Below, one piece after another: positions 25,177-38,476 of a stretch of DNA of 64,000 nucleotides. The notes beneath the pieces were generated by a model, which had not been told where the DNA came from, searched no databases, and saw only the letters and a program-made list of their open reading frames with translations. The number at the start of each line of letters is the position of its first letter. Positions within the stretch are counted from its first letter, which is position 1. The stretch comes from Octopus vulgaris (Eukaryota): assembly GCA_951406725.2 (NCBI GenBank), contig OX597823.1:54374001-54438000 (forward strand), given 5' to 3'. The translations under genes were made by a program, and so were the position numbers.

Positions 25177-27107
25177 AAAGGACATAAAATGAGAACAATA
25201 ATAAACAAGTGAACAAGGGTGTGTGTGTATTATTTGTTAAGAAAAAAAAAGACCATTGCAAAATATAACAATACCTGTTTCAACGCATGATTTCACATCA
25301 GGAATCTTGCAAAACAAATTCATAAATGTAAAAAAGAAAAAAACCCACCCACACATGCACAGGGAGGAGAGAGAGAGAGGCTCCCATACAGGTTCTGTCT
25401 ACCACTTTCATTCACAAAGCATTGGTTGCTCCAGGTCTACATCATCATCATCGTTTGACGTCCACTTTCCACGCTAGCATGGGTTGGACGGTTCAACGGT
25501 CTGGGAAGCCAGGAGGCTGCACCAAGCTCCAGTCTGATCTGGCAGTGTTTCTACAGTTTGATGCTCTTCACAATGCCAACCACTCCGTGAGTGTAGTGGG
25601 TGCTTTTTACGTGCCACCGGAACAGGAGCCTGAGGAGGCTGGCAACGGCCATGATTGTTTGGTGCTGGTGGCGCTGGCATCGGCCACGTTTTGATGGTGC
25701 TTTTTACATGCCAACAGCACTGGTATCACAACTACAATTTCCATTTGATTTTTATTTTGATGTTGATGTTGATATACTTGACTCAATAAGTCTCCTCAAG
25801 CACAGCAGGTCACCCTACAATCCAAGGTAAGCACAGCAGGTCTACGATAGAAGACTGAACCCAAAACCATGTGGTTGGAAAGTGAGCTCCTTCCTTCACC
25901 AAACAGTCATACCTGTATAATCAATCCATTTCCATTATTTTATACTGGAATTTCATTTATTAAACAAAAAGAGCTGGAACTAAAGACAGTTCTTGTGATT
26001 CAATTATTTGAGGTGTAGCACTGCAAAGAAACATCTGGACCATTTCTTTCTATGCAGTGTCATCTTCATTGCTACAATGTCTGAAAATTAAAATAACAAT
26101 CACTAATACTAGTAAATTAGCTTCGTTATTTAGATCAATTAATTAGGCTAATAACACACCTGACACTCACCTACATACTACTATTGCTATCATTTAACTA
26201 ACCCATTGCAACCCATACAAGACACAACCATAACCATTCTTGGTCATACCAATATTTATGCCATGGCTGATTTGGTGACCTGTTGTAATTATTTGTCTTA
26301 GTGTCTGCAATGTTGAACTGTTACTTCTACTGTTGCTACTTTTCATAGTGACATAACTACAAGCGGTGATTTTCTTCCATGAACTGTAATTTCTGTCAAG
26401 TTTTCAGAGTGATGTAAGGTTTGGGGTAGTGTGTGTGTGCGTGTGTGTGTATGTGTAGGAAAGGGGTAACATTGTCGCCTGATGAACAGGAACGTCTCTA
26501 GTGAGCTATAATTATATCAAGCCAATCAAACGCAGTGTCAGGAATCTTAGCTTTTTCTTTTCAATGTATCTCTTTCAGACATACGTATACAAACTCACAC
26601 ACACACTCTCTCTCTCTCACTTTTTACTCTCTATCCCATCTATTTCCTCTTCCATTCACAATTCCTGTCTTTCTCTATTACTTCCTCCTTCTCTCTCTCT
26701 CTCTCTCTGTCTCTCTCTCCCTCTATTACTTTCTTTTTGCTTCTCTAAAATTTTCTTCCTCTCTTTATAACTTCCTTTGTTTTTTCCCCCATAACTTCCT
26801 CCCTCTTGCTCTTTATTATTTTCTTTGTTTCTTTAATACTTTCTTCCCCCTCTCTTCTCCATTATTCCATTCTTCTCCTCTCCTGTAACATAGAACCAAG
26901 TTGGAATAACATAGAACCAAGTTGGAATTTACGAATGAAAAGTGAGCAATATTGAGATTGGATTCATTAAAATAAGACAGGACTTGTGTATATTATTGCA
27001 ATATCACTGTGTTATTTATTGGTTTTTAACCCTTCTGCTGTGGAGATCAGATATATTCTGTCAAAGTTTCATCACTCGTCACGGTGTAAAACAGTTTTAT
27101 ATACCAT

Positions 27108-27517
27108 TACTCTTTTACTTGTTTCAGTCATTTGACTGCGGCTATGCTGGAGAACTACCTTTAGTTGAGCAAATCGACCCCAGGACTTATTCTTTGTAAG
27201 CCTAGTACTTATTCTATCGGTCTCTTTTTGCCGAACCGCTAAGTTACGGGGACGTAATCACACCAGCATTGGTTGTCAAGCAATGTTGGGGAGACAAACA
27301 CAGACACACAAACATATACGAACACACATACATATATATACATATACACATATACGACGGGCTTCTTTCAGTTTCCGTCTACCAAATTCACTCACAAGGT
27401 TTTGGTCGGCCCAAGGCTATAGTAGAAGACACTTGTCCAAGGTGCCACACAGTGGGACTGAACCCAGAACCATGTGGCTGGTAAGCAAGCTACTTACCAC
27501 ACAGCCACTCCTGCGCC
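27108..27517 (-). mobile_element. SINE family A, full length
   Basis: Near-identical to 4515-4930. Confidence 0.85.
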
Positions 27518-28823
27518 ATTCTATCTTTTGTTAAGGAATGTCACGTTTGAAACTATTTTTGAGAGGATATGTGACTTGCAGAAAATACCAGTTCTATATT
27601 TTGGTGGATATCTAACATCATTACTGGAATAAACATAAAATTTAATTTCGCAGTTAAAGGGTTAGGAAGGTTGGTAGGGAGAAAGTAGAGGGAGATAACC
27701 TCCTTCATTCCATTGGTATAATTGTGATGCTATACCTGCTATTATGAGTATGGCTAATGGTATTCATGCCTTCAGAGGAGCGAAATATACAGGACATTAT
27801 TAGTTCATATGTGCACACAATTCTATTCATAGTAATTTCACAACCTTCTCCTTTCAGTTGGCTGTGTGGTAAGAAGCTTACTTCCCAACTACATAGTTCT
27901 AGGTTCAGTCCCACTGTGTGGAACCTTAGGCAAGTGCCTTCTATTATAGCCTTGGGCCAACAAAGCCTTGTGAGTAGATTTGGTAGAAGGAAGCTGAAAG
28001 ATGCCTGTTGTATATATATGCATATGTATATATAAGGAATAATCCTGCTTAGCATCTGTGTTTATGTTGGGAATGTTGTATCTAATCTATTGTGGCCAGC
28101 AAACCAACTTATAGATGTAACTTTCAATCTACACACACATATATATATGTGATAATGTGTGTCAAAGTTGTGTGAGAATTTTTTGTATACATTAGATATA
28201 TGTACAACTTGCTTATTTTATTGACTACCCATACAAATACATACTTGTCAGTTAATACATGCATTTGTGAATGACAAATATCTTCCTCAGACCCATACAA
28301 GTGATTCTGAAGAAGCTATTTGATGCCACACTAGCACTCAACTCTGGGTGCATTGTTACATATAGCAGAAACATACTATAAGCTAATGAAAACTGATTAT
28401 GTAACTCCTGTTCTTTTATCCTTCATCTATTAATTAATATTACTGCAAGCTGGCAGAATCGCAAGAATGCCAGGCAAAATGCTTAGTGGTATTTTGTTCA
28501 CCTTTACATTCTGAGATCAAATTCTGCCAGGGTCAACTTTTTTTTCATTCTTTCAAGGGCGATAAAATAAGAACCAGTTGAGCACTGGGGTCGATGTAAT
28601 CAACTTACCCTCTCCCCTAAAATTGCTGGCCTTGTGCTAAAATTTGAAACCAATATTACTGTCTATACTGATCTGCTAGTTTATATAAAAGTCTGGAACA
28701 GAACATCTACCAATGCACATTTCTTGCCACCAGAGCTCATTAATATTGTGAAGTGTAAGCATTTTGAGTTCTAACAACTTGTTATTGATGTCACTGGTCC
28801 AACAGAATAATTTTATGTATCTA

Positions 28824-28868
<45 letters not shown>

Positions 28869-31800
28869 TACTGGAAATAGATATACATAAAGCGGAGTAA
28901 CCATGTATCTTTTCTATAGCAAGACACTTGGGCTTGTCTCTCTCTCTATCATATTTTAGAACACCTATCATAAAGCTGCTCCCCACTTAGTCAAGGGGGC
29001 TTTTTCCTACTTGTACATTACTTGGCAGGCAATGTCACATTAAAGTATCCATGTGGTGCCATGTAAAAGCGCCCGCATGGCACCATGTTAAGGTACCTAT
29101 ACAGCACCATATAAAGGTACCCGTGCTACATCATGTAAAAGTGCCTGTGTGAAGTCATGTAAAAGCACCCAGCACACTCTGTGAAGTGGTTGACATTTGG
29201 AAGAGCATCCAGCCATAGAAACCATTGCCAAATCACACTGGAACCTGTTGTAGCTCCCCAGCTTGCCAGGTTTGGTCAAACTGTCCATTATATACAAGCA
29301 TGGCCAATGGACATTAAATGATGATGATGATAATGTAAAAAGCACCCAGTACACTTTGTAAAGTTGCTGAGACTATGAAAGACATCCAGCCATAGAAATC
29401 ATGCCGAAGATGACATTTTTCATCATGGAAAATAAATGTTAAATGATGATGTTGATGATCGTGATGATGATGACTATATACTACCTGGAAGATGGTGAGC
29501 TGGCAGAAACATTAGCCTGCTGGGCAAAATGCATAATGGCATATCACCCATCTGCACATTCTGAGTTCAAATTCTGCTGAGGTCGACTTTATCTTTCACC
29601 CTTTTGGGGGTTGATAAAATAAATACCGGTTGAGCAGTTGGATCAATATAAGCGACTTACCCTGCCCACAAAATTGCCAAAATTTGAAATCTGTATATAC
29701 TACCTGGAGATATATAAACTTCACAATTATAGATTGATTTTTAGCTAGTTGTGCGTGTGTGTATGTGTGCGTGTGTGCATGTTGTATGTACATGTACATT
29801 TATGTTATTGTTGAAAAATAGGTAAATCCCATTCATACAGGCCTATGACCAAAGTTATTCCAGCTGTGAATATAGCATTTATTTAGGCATATCAAGAGCT
29901 ACATTCTCTAACGTTCTCTCCCTTTTCTTTCCTTTTGCAATATGTGATTTGAAGAAAATTTGGTTTCTATTTCTAGCAGGGTTAAGTGACTAGGTAAAGG
30001 CTTCCTCACTGGTTCATATATTTGTAAGAGTAAGGCGGTGAGCTGGCAGAAACGTTAACACACCAGGCGAAATGCTTAACAGTATATCATCTGTCTTTAT
30101 GTTCTGAGTTCAAATTCTGATGAGTTTGACTTCGCCTTTCATCCTTTCATGATCGATAAATTAAGTACCAGTTGCATACTGGGGTCGATCTAATCAACTG
30201 CCCCCCCACCCAAAAAAAAAATTTCGGTCCTTGTGCCTAGAGTTGAAAAAAAAATATTTGTAAGTGTGTATACATGTATATGTATGCATGTGTGCATACA
30301 GATGTTTGTGTACAAATGTGTATGTGTTTTTGGTTTACAGATGTATGTTTGTGTGCATATGCACAGTTTTATATGTGCCATCATTTTCATCATTTAATGT
30401 CCATTTTCCATGCTGGAAGTGATCACAGAGCAACATGAAATGAAGCATTTTGCTCAAGAATACAACACACTGCCTGATCTGTGAATCAAAAGCATGATCT
30501 TATGATCACAAATGCAACAACCTAACCACAAGGACTTGTGCTTCCACTCTTACTCTTGTACATTTTTAATTGCCCTATCTTTTGAACAATTGATTGAAAC
30601 TTCTGTTTTAGCTAAAGAAAGGAAACAAAACTCTAGCGGTAATTGTTAGCGGATCTCAAAGAGAAGGGGGAGATAATTCCCAAAAATTAAAATTCATTAT
30701 CATGAAATTCATTTGCAGTCTTAGATGAAAAATGTTGACCATTGTTAGCAAACAGTGTGACAGCTTTATACATGTTTTTAGTATTATTGCACTCTAAAAG
30801 GTGCCAGGCTAGTAGAGTTGCTAGCATGTCGAACAAAATGCTTAGCAGCTTTTCTTTCACTTACAATTCTTTAGCAGAATTTCTTTCCCTTGTAAGGTGG
30901 CGAGCTGGCAGAAACGTTAGTGCTCGGGCGAAATGCTTAGCAGTATTTTGTCTGCCATTATGCTTTGAGTTCAAATTCCGCTGAGGTCGACTTTGCCTTT
31001 CATCCTTTCAGGGTCGATAAATTAAGTACCAGTTACGCACAAGGGTCGATGTAATCGACTTAATCCCTTTGTCCTTGTTTGTCCCCTCTATGTTTAGCTC
31101 CTTGAAGGTAGTAAAGAAATAAGAATTTCTTTCCCTTGCACATCCTGAGTTCAAATTTCAATGAGGGGAAATTTGCCTTTCGTCTTTTTGGAGGTCGATA
31201 AAATAAGTATTAACTGAGCACAGGGGTTGATGTAACTGACTCCTTTCCCCCCAAAATAGTTGGCCTCGTGCCAAAATGTAAAACAATTATTAAATTCTAC
31301 AGAAAGAATTATGAAGATTTATGAAAATATAAATATTACATTCAATTGATTGTTATGGAGCTTACAAAAAATAATATAAGCTTTTGAATTTGAAAAACAA
31401 TGCAATCTAGTGCAGTGTAACAAAATAAAAAAAAAAAGAAAAGCCACAAAGATTTCAGTTGTGCACGGCAAATATTTTGAAAACTAAGAAAATCTACTGT
31501 GTTTTGGAATTTGTTCTAATTTTTTCATAAAAAAACATATAAATTTAGTCACATGTTAGATAATAATATACATCACAATGAAGTAATGATAAGTTTTCAG
31601 GTACATTGTGGTTGAACTGATTAACTAGTTGTTATGAGTAATAGAAACATAATATGATAAAGAGCAAGAAGGAGGCGCTAGCAATAGTGGATGAAGAAGA
31701 AGAAGAATTAGTAAAAGGAGGAAAGAAATAATCAGAGGTGGAGAAATAAGAGAACAAAAGAAAAGGTGAAACTTAATGGGATCATAGAAGTGGGTTAAAG

Positions 31801-31919
31801 CTGGGTGGATGAATGTATATGATTAGTGAAATTTGGTATTTAAAGATGTTAGTGTGTGTTTAATTTGAATAACAACAACAACAACAACAACAACGATGTT
31901 GTTATTATTATTATTATCA

Positions 31920-31966
<47 letters not shown>

Positions 31967-31967
31967 G

Positions 31968-32148
31968 AAGACAGTAAGCAGGCAGAATTGTTAGCATGCC
32001 AGACAAAATGATTACATTCTGAGTTCAAATTCCACTGAGGTCAACTTTGCCATTCATCCCTTTGGGGTCGATAAACACTGGGGTTGATGTAATCAGCTAT
32101 TCCCTTCCCCTCAAATTTCAGGCCTTGTGCCTTTAGTAGAAAGGATTA

Positions 32149-32180
<32 letters not shown>

Positions 32181-32602
32181 GAAGGAAGTTGGTGAGCTAG
32201 CAGGAACATTAGCATGCTGAGCAAAATGCTTAGCAGTATTTCACCGGTCTTTACATTCTGAGTTCAAATTCCACCGAGGTCGACTTTGCCTTTCATCCTT
32301 TTAGGGTAAATAAATTAAGTACCAGTTGTGTACTAGGGTCGTTCTCTAATCGACTGGCCACCCCTCTCCCAAAATTTCAGGCCTTGTGCCTATAGTACAA
32401 AAGATTATCGTTATTGAAGGTAATAAGCTGGCAGAATCGTTATCATGCCAGACAAAATGCGTAGTTCAGATTTTTACCTTTCAAATGTTTACCTTTCATC
32501 TTTTCAGGCTCAATGAAATAAATACCAGTCATGTACTGGGGTCGATATAATCAACTATCCCCCTCCCCCAAAATATCAGGCCTTGTGCCTATCATAGAAA
32601 GA

Positions 32603-32646
<44 letters not shown>

Positions 32647-33335
32647 GGTGGCAAGCTTGTAGGATCATTAGCACACTGGGCAAGATGCTTAGCTACATTT
32701 TACCCATCTTTATGTTCTGAGTTCAAATTCTGCCAGGATCAACTCTACCTTTCATCCTTTCAGAGTTGATAAATTAATTACCAGTTGAGTACTGGAGTTG
32801 ATGTAATCGACTTAGCTTCTTTCTTGAAATTGCTGGCCTTGTGCCAAAATTTGAAACCGGTAAGGTTGCGAGCTGGTAGAAACATTAAGCACACTGGGCA
32901 AAATGCTTAGTGGCATTTCGTCCATCTCTACATTCTGAGTTCAAATTCAGCCAATGTCAGCTTTGTCTTTCATCCTTTTGGGGTTGATAAATTAAGTACC
33001 AATGAAACACTAGGGTCAATGTAATTGACTTGCCCTCTACCCCCAAATTTCAGGCTTTGTGTCTATAGTAGAAAGGGGTGAGTTGGCAGAATCAGTAGCG
33101 TGCCAGGCAATATGCTTAGCAGTAGTAGAATGGATTATTATTATATATATACGACTGGCTATAGTAGAAAGGATTATTATTATTATTAATTTTATTCTTA
33201 TTTTTATTATTGCTGAAGATGTTGAACTGGCAGAATCGTTAGCATGCAAGATGCATAGCAGTATTTCACTCATCACTATGCTCTGAGTTCAAATTCTGTC
33301 CCTTGCCCCAAATTTCAGGTCTTTTGCCTTTATTA
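31968..33335 (+). mobile_element. Head-to-tail array of ~6-7 SINE family B units in (TTA)n; other copies ~5575-6070, 11128-11345, 15560-15770, 21095-21290, 28445-28655, 29510-29690, 30032-30250, 30893-31290, 44195-44820, 46110-46500, and 45800-46017 and 51155-51373 on -
   Basis: Repeated AAGG..GCTGGCAGAA..TTAGCA..TTCTGAGTTCAAATTC..GCCTTTCATCCTTT.GGGGTCGATAAA.TAAGTACCAG (resembles the Meta-SINE domain). Confidence 0.85.
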
Positions 33336-33473
33336 TAAACAATTATTATTTTGCGAAACTGCTAAGTTGCAGGGACATAACACAACAACACCAGTTGTCA
33401 AGCAATACTGGGGGACAAAGAGAAACAAAGACACATGCACATACACACAAACAAACAATATATATATATATAT

Positions 33474-33536
<63 letters not shown>

Positions 33537-33878
33537 CATACATACATACGATGGGCCTCTTTCAGTTTCTGCCTACCAAATCCACTCACGATGCTTTGGT
33601 CAGCCTCAGGCTATAGTAGAAGACGTTTGCCAATGGTGCCACCCAATAGAACTGAACCCAGGACTATGTGGTTGGGAAGTCAGCTTCTTACCACACAACC
33701 ACTCCTGTACTTCGGCAGCTATCTTATTGTGTCTCTAGCAATCTCATGCATATTCTATTTTTACTGGGTAGATCATTTTTGTTAAACATTCATTCATTCA
33801 CATAGTTTTGTAGAAATTAATGAAATTGTATTTTTTGAAGAATGAACCTTAATGTGAGGATTAATCTTCCATTTCCAG

Positions 33879-34022
33879 TGTGATCAAACAAAAGAAGGTC
33901 TTGTGAATAATACAGAGCAGATGGATGATTTCTGTAAAGAAAAAGGTTTCCTGAGTTGGTTTGAAACTTCAGCAAAAGAAAATATTAACATAGATGAGGC
34001 TGCTCGATTTTTGGTTGGACAG
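33879..34022 (+). CDS. RAB32: Rab32/38 exon (CDQTKEG...WFETSAKENINIDEAARFLVGQ)
   Basis: TTTCCAG acceptor, 144 nt; completes NKCD (G4) and carries ETSAK (G5); CAG|GTAATG donor. Confidence 0.95.
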
Positions 34023-36887
34023 GTAATGAAAATTATTTTGTCACTTTCATGTGTTATAAATTGATTTTTCTTTCTTTCTTTTTCTTTTTGTTATTATTTG
34101 ACTTATGAGCTGCATGGCAACCTCAATAGTTCTGGTGACATGAAAAAAAAAAGCATTTGTATATACTGTAAAGTGGTTGGAGTTAAGAAGGGCATCCAGT
34201 TATAAAAACCATGCTAAAAATGACATTGGAGCACGATACAGTCCTTGGACCCATCAAATCATGTCAAACTGTCCATCCTGAAGATGTTGGGAATGAAACC
34301 AATAAATATGACAGTGGCTAGAATGTCCCTATTGGTTGTTCAGGGGTTTCTATTGTGCAAAATACCCAAATTTTTATTTTTCCAAGCCCTAGAACTCAAA
34401 AGGCTGGTTAGCCAGTTTCTATGGTGAATAAGTGAATGAGATCTCACCATTAACTCTAATCCTGATTATAAAGCCACAAATTTAGAGAGAACAAACAATT
34501 AATTTAATCAACCCTGTTCATCATTGGTAGTATTGATATTATCAATTAGCAAAATTAAATCTAGTGGGACTTGAATTTTAGAATATAAAGGAAAGTAACT
34601 AAGTTCAATAAGGCATTTTGTTCAGCTTTCTGTTGACTATTCTCTCTACTGAGTTTAGATTTTTTTTTAAATATTAAAATATGTGCAGTCTCCTAGTGGA
34701 CAGCTAGCACAAGGGAGATAATCATTTCTTCATAATATCTGGAGGGATTAGAAGACAGAATTTTTATTTGAAGAATAAAGAAGATGCACAGAATATGCAT
34801 TCTGCAGGTCTTAAAATTTCTAGTCTTATGAAAGTTGGTTAACCCCCAGCTACTGCTGTTAGAGGTCCTCATTTTTAACTGAGCACATTTGAGAAATGTG
34901 AAATGAAGTGTCTTGCTCAAGGACACAATGTACTACTTGTGAATCAATCCGATGACTTAAATTATGAACCCAACTTCAGGTTCATAAGAACATGTACTTT
35001 CACTTGGAAACAAGACAGACACCTCTATGCACACATGAGTTATTAAGATTTATATATTTCCTATATTTTAATTGTTATAGACATTGGACTGTGGGCTATG
35101 TTGAGCTGCACTGCTCAACAGTGCAAAATCAACCTAAGTACTTATTCTTTAAAGTCTGGCACTTATTCTATTGGTCTCTTTTCTTGAACTACTAAGTTAC
35201 AGGGACATAAACAAACCAACACCAGTGTGGAGGGAAACGCACACACACACACACACACTTAGTGGGCTTCCACACAGTTTCCATCTGCCAAATTTACTCT
35301 CAAGACACTTGCCCAGGGTGTCATGCAGTGGGACTGAACCCAAAACTGTGTAGTTACCAAGTGAGTTTCTTTACCACACAACCATGCCTGTGCCTGCATG
35401 TGAAAGACTTATGAGATATGTTGTACATTGGACAAAACATAAACCATGACTAAATACCCTTAGAGGATTTTTTAATCATTAAAAAATGAAAATATAAATG
35501 ACTGTAAGCTATACTGTAATAGATTTTATTTCCTTTCCACATTGTGCCTTTTCCATTGTTAAGTGGAATCAACAACTAGTGGATTGGCACAATCATAAGT
35601 GCTGGTCAGAATGTCTTGCAGCATTTAGTTTCAGCTCTGTACATTGAGTTCAAAGCTTAGTTTTCATTCTTCCAGGATCATTTAAATACCACCCTCCTGT
35701 CTTGTCTTAAGACCTCCATCATATTTAACTCTGGGCTTGTTTTTACTTTCTCCCAAGTAATGGTTTCAAGTTATCATTGAGACTTTGCTTTTTTTCTGAG
35801 TAGAAGTGGTGGCTCTATTGCAGATCCATTGTTACCTCTTTTACTGTCAGTTATGATGATTACCTTTAGTTAGGATTTTTCTATCAGTTACAATAATGAG
35901 GGTTCCAGTTGACCCAATCGATGAAACAGCCTGCTCATGAAATTAATATGCAAATGGCTGAGTATTCCACAGAGAGAAGGTACATGGCTTTGTATTTAGG
36001 ATATCCAGCTCATGATAATAAGGCTGTGAGTTCTATTTCTGGTGATTGTTGCATTCTTGAGCAAGACACTTTGTTTCACATTGCTCCAGTTGACTCAGCT
36101 GGCAAAAATGCATAATACCTGTCCCATTTTGTCACATTTTGTATCACACTGAATCTCCCTAAGAACTACATTAAGGGTACATGTGTCTGTAGAGGGAAGA
36201 AGTGGTCCATATTAGTCCAGACTCAGTCCTTTGACTTGTCCAACATAGTAGGCTCAATCAGGAGCTTACTCTCCATTGGCATTGCTCTTAGGGTCATTGA
36301 GCCATCACACTGTGGAACTTAAAATACTGGAGTTAATGTAATCTACTGTAATATTCTCTCTTCAAATCTTTGGCTCTATGTCATTGTTAGAAATCATCAT
36401 TAAATAAATTCCCGTAGGCCAGACACTTTAGTGTTCAGATTACTCTGTCAAATGTAATGCTTATATTTAATCACATTACATTGGATTATGCATGATCTTG
36501 AGATTTTGATGATGTGGTTGTTAATGACATTGTACAGTAGGTGTGAAAAGCCAAATCTAGCCAGTTTGAGCATAAAACAGGTAGAATATTTTGGCTAGAT
36601 ATGGCCAGTTTAAATGCTAAAGGGTCAGCTTTTAGCAGTGGCTTAGTGGTCCAGTGTGTTGGGCTCATGATCATAAGATTGTTGTTTCAATTCCTGGACT
36701 GGGTGACGTTTTGTGTTCCTGAGCAAAATATTTCATTTCACGTTGATCCAGTATACTCAGCTGGCAAAAATGAGAAATCCTGTGACAGACTGGCATCCTG
36801 TCCAGGTGGGGAATACATATGCCATGAAACCAGGAAACCAGCCCTTATGAGTTGGTATGACTTGAGAATGTAACTTTACTTTTTTAA

Positions 36888-37108
36888 CCCTTTAGCATTC
36901 AGATTACCCTGTCAAATGTAATGCTTATTTATTCACATTGTTTTGAATTAATCAAGCATTATCTCATAACTTCAAGATTTCAATAATATAATTTTTTCTT
37001 TTTTAGAATGATATTGTAGGGCAAGTGAGAGAGGCTGGATCTGGCTGTTTTGTTCATAAAACAGGTGGAATATTTAGTATAGATATGGCTGGTTTAAATG
37101 CTAAAGGG
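36888..37108 (+). mobile_element. piggyBac-type MITE; sister copies at ~36424-36624 and ~37370-37505
   Basis: TTAA|CCCTTTAGCATT ... AATGCTAAAGGG terminal repeats. Confidence 0.8.
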
Positions 37109-37593
37109 TTTCGAGGTTGGTAAGTGAGCAGGGACAACTTCTGTCTGAGAGGACCCTTTTGGTTTGCCAAGAGCATGGCATCTCTAACATTGATTCCATG
37201 AATGATAAATTACACCTAGCATACCCTGTAATGGTAGTTGGTATTAGGACAGACATCTGACCTTAGAAGTCAAGTCAAAAATGGAATGTATGAGTGAGAC
37301 AGTGTCCTCCAAATTGTTTAGGAGAACAGTAACTCAAATAAACACCAATTAAACTTGTATGATTTTGTACCTTCAAAATTATGATGATGTAATTATTTTT
37401 AGAATGACATTGTAGGGTAGGTGTAAGAGGCTAGATCTGGCTAGTTTGAATGTAAGACAGGTAGAGTACTCAGGCCAGATATAGCTGGTTTAAATGCTAA
37501 AGAGTTAAATATCTCAATAAGTAAATTCTATTAACATGTACAAATCAGCTATAAAATACTTTTTTTAAGGAAATGCTTCTTTTTCTCCTTCAG

Positions 37594-37707
37594 ATCCTCA
37601 AAAATGATCAAAATATGAACACAGGCAGTACAGAAGAAGACAAAGAACGCATTCAATTAGCTAATGCTAACCAACAAGAACCAACAAAAAAATCTTGCTG
37701 CAGATAG
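37594..37707 (+). CDS. RAB32: Rab32/38 terminal coding exon (ILKNDQNMN...PTKKSCCR*)
   Basis: Polypyrimidine + CAG acceptor; hypervariable tail ending in a di-cysteine prenylation motif (CCR); TAG at 37705-37707. Confidence 0.93.
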   Translation: MLKNDQNMNTGSTEEDKERIQLANANQQEPTKKSCCR

Positions 37708-37924
37708 AAGTTTTGAACTCTGAATTAATTACCCAAATAGTTTTTATAAATAACTATTGCTTTTGTTTTGTTTTTTTTAACCATTATATTTTCTTTTATT
37801 TTTCCTGATGAAAAGCTGAAAAAAAAAAAATCAAGAAAAACAAAAATAATCATTTCCTGTATGTTCTTTTATTTCAATAATTTTACTCTAGTTTAAAAAT
37901 GAACTCTACAAATAATAATATTAA

Positions 37925-38200
37925 TAATAATTGAGAAATATCAAGACTTAGTCAGAGAGATGAAGGTACTGTGCAAGATTAAGACAACAGTTGCTTTTGT
38001 GGTAATTGGTACAACTTGGAACAACACCTATAATACTACGTAGAAAACCGTTGGATATTGGAATCGAGATTCACATTGTCGACCTGCAGAAAAGTGCAAC
38101 CCTGTATTCTGCAAGAATCTTAAGAAAGATTCTTGAGATCTGAGAAGTCTTGTTGTCACCTACCCTCAAGACAACATCCTTGCTAAATAATATAGCATGT
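37925..38200 (+). mobile_element. R4/Dong-like LINE 3' end between (TAA)n tracts, just after the Rab32 stop
   Basis: EKYQDLVREM..VVIG..LQKSATLYSARILRKILEI*, followed by (TAA)n. Confidence 0.7.
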
Positions 38201-38438
38201 AATAGCTATAGTAATAATAATAATAATAATAACAATAATAATAATAAGAAGAAGATGAAGAAGAACAATGTTCCTTATACTACCATGAAACCTAAAATTT
38301 TTAATGTTGGGTGGGGAAAAAGCTCAGAAGTTGATTTCTTTGTCTAGGACATTAGTGTAACAAATAAAGCTTATACTGGAATTTGATACTGGGTTGTGGA
38401 CTCAATTAGACAGAAGCTCGCTTCCACTTGATGGTGCT

Positions 38439-38476
<38 letters not shown>

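Larger units (their letters stand above)
24951..25320. mobile_element. Fold-back (palindromic) non-autonomous element with divergent hammerhead motifs
   Basis: Arms ~24951-25110 and ~25120-25272 are imperfect reverse complements; right arm extends to ~25320. Confidence 0.75.

Noticed and set aside
26886-26927. 21-bp tandem duplication (TAACATAGAACCAAGTTGGAA x2)
   Set aside because: Simple slippage-type duplication with no spacer; not CRISPR-like.
33333-33785. Cluster of overlapping ORFs rich in YIYI/HTHT/VCVC
   Set aside because: Translations of (TA)n/(CA)n tracts inside SINEs; this explains most of the ORF track.
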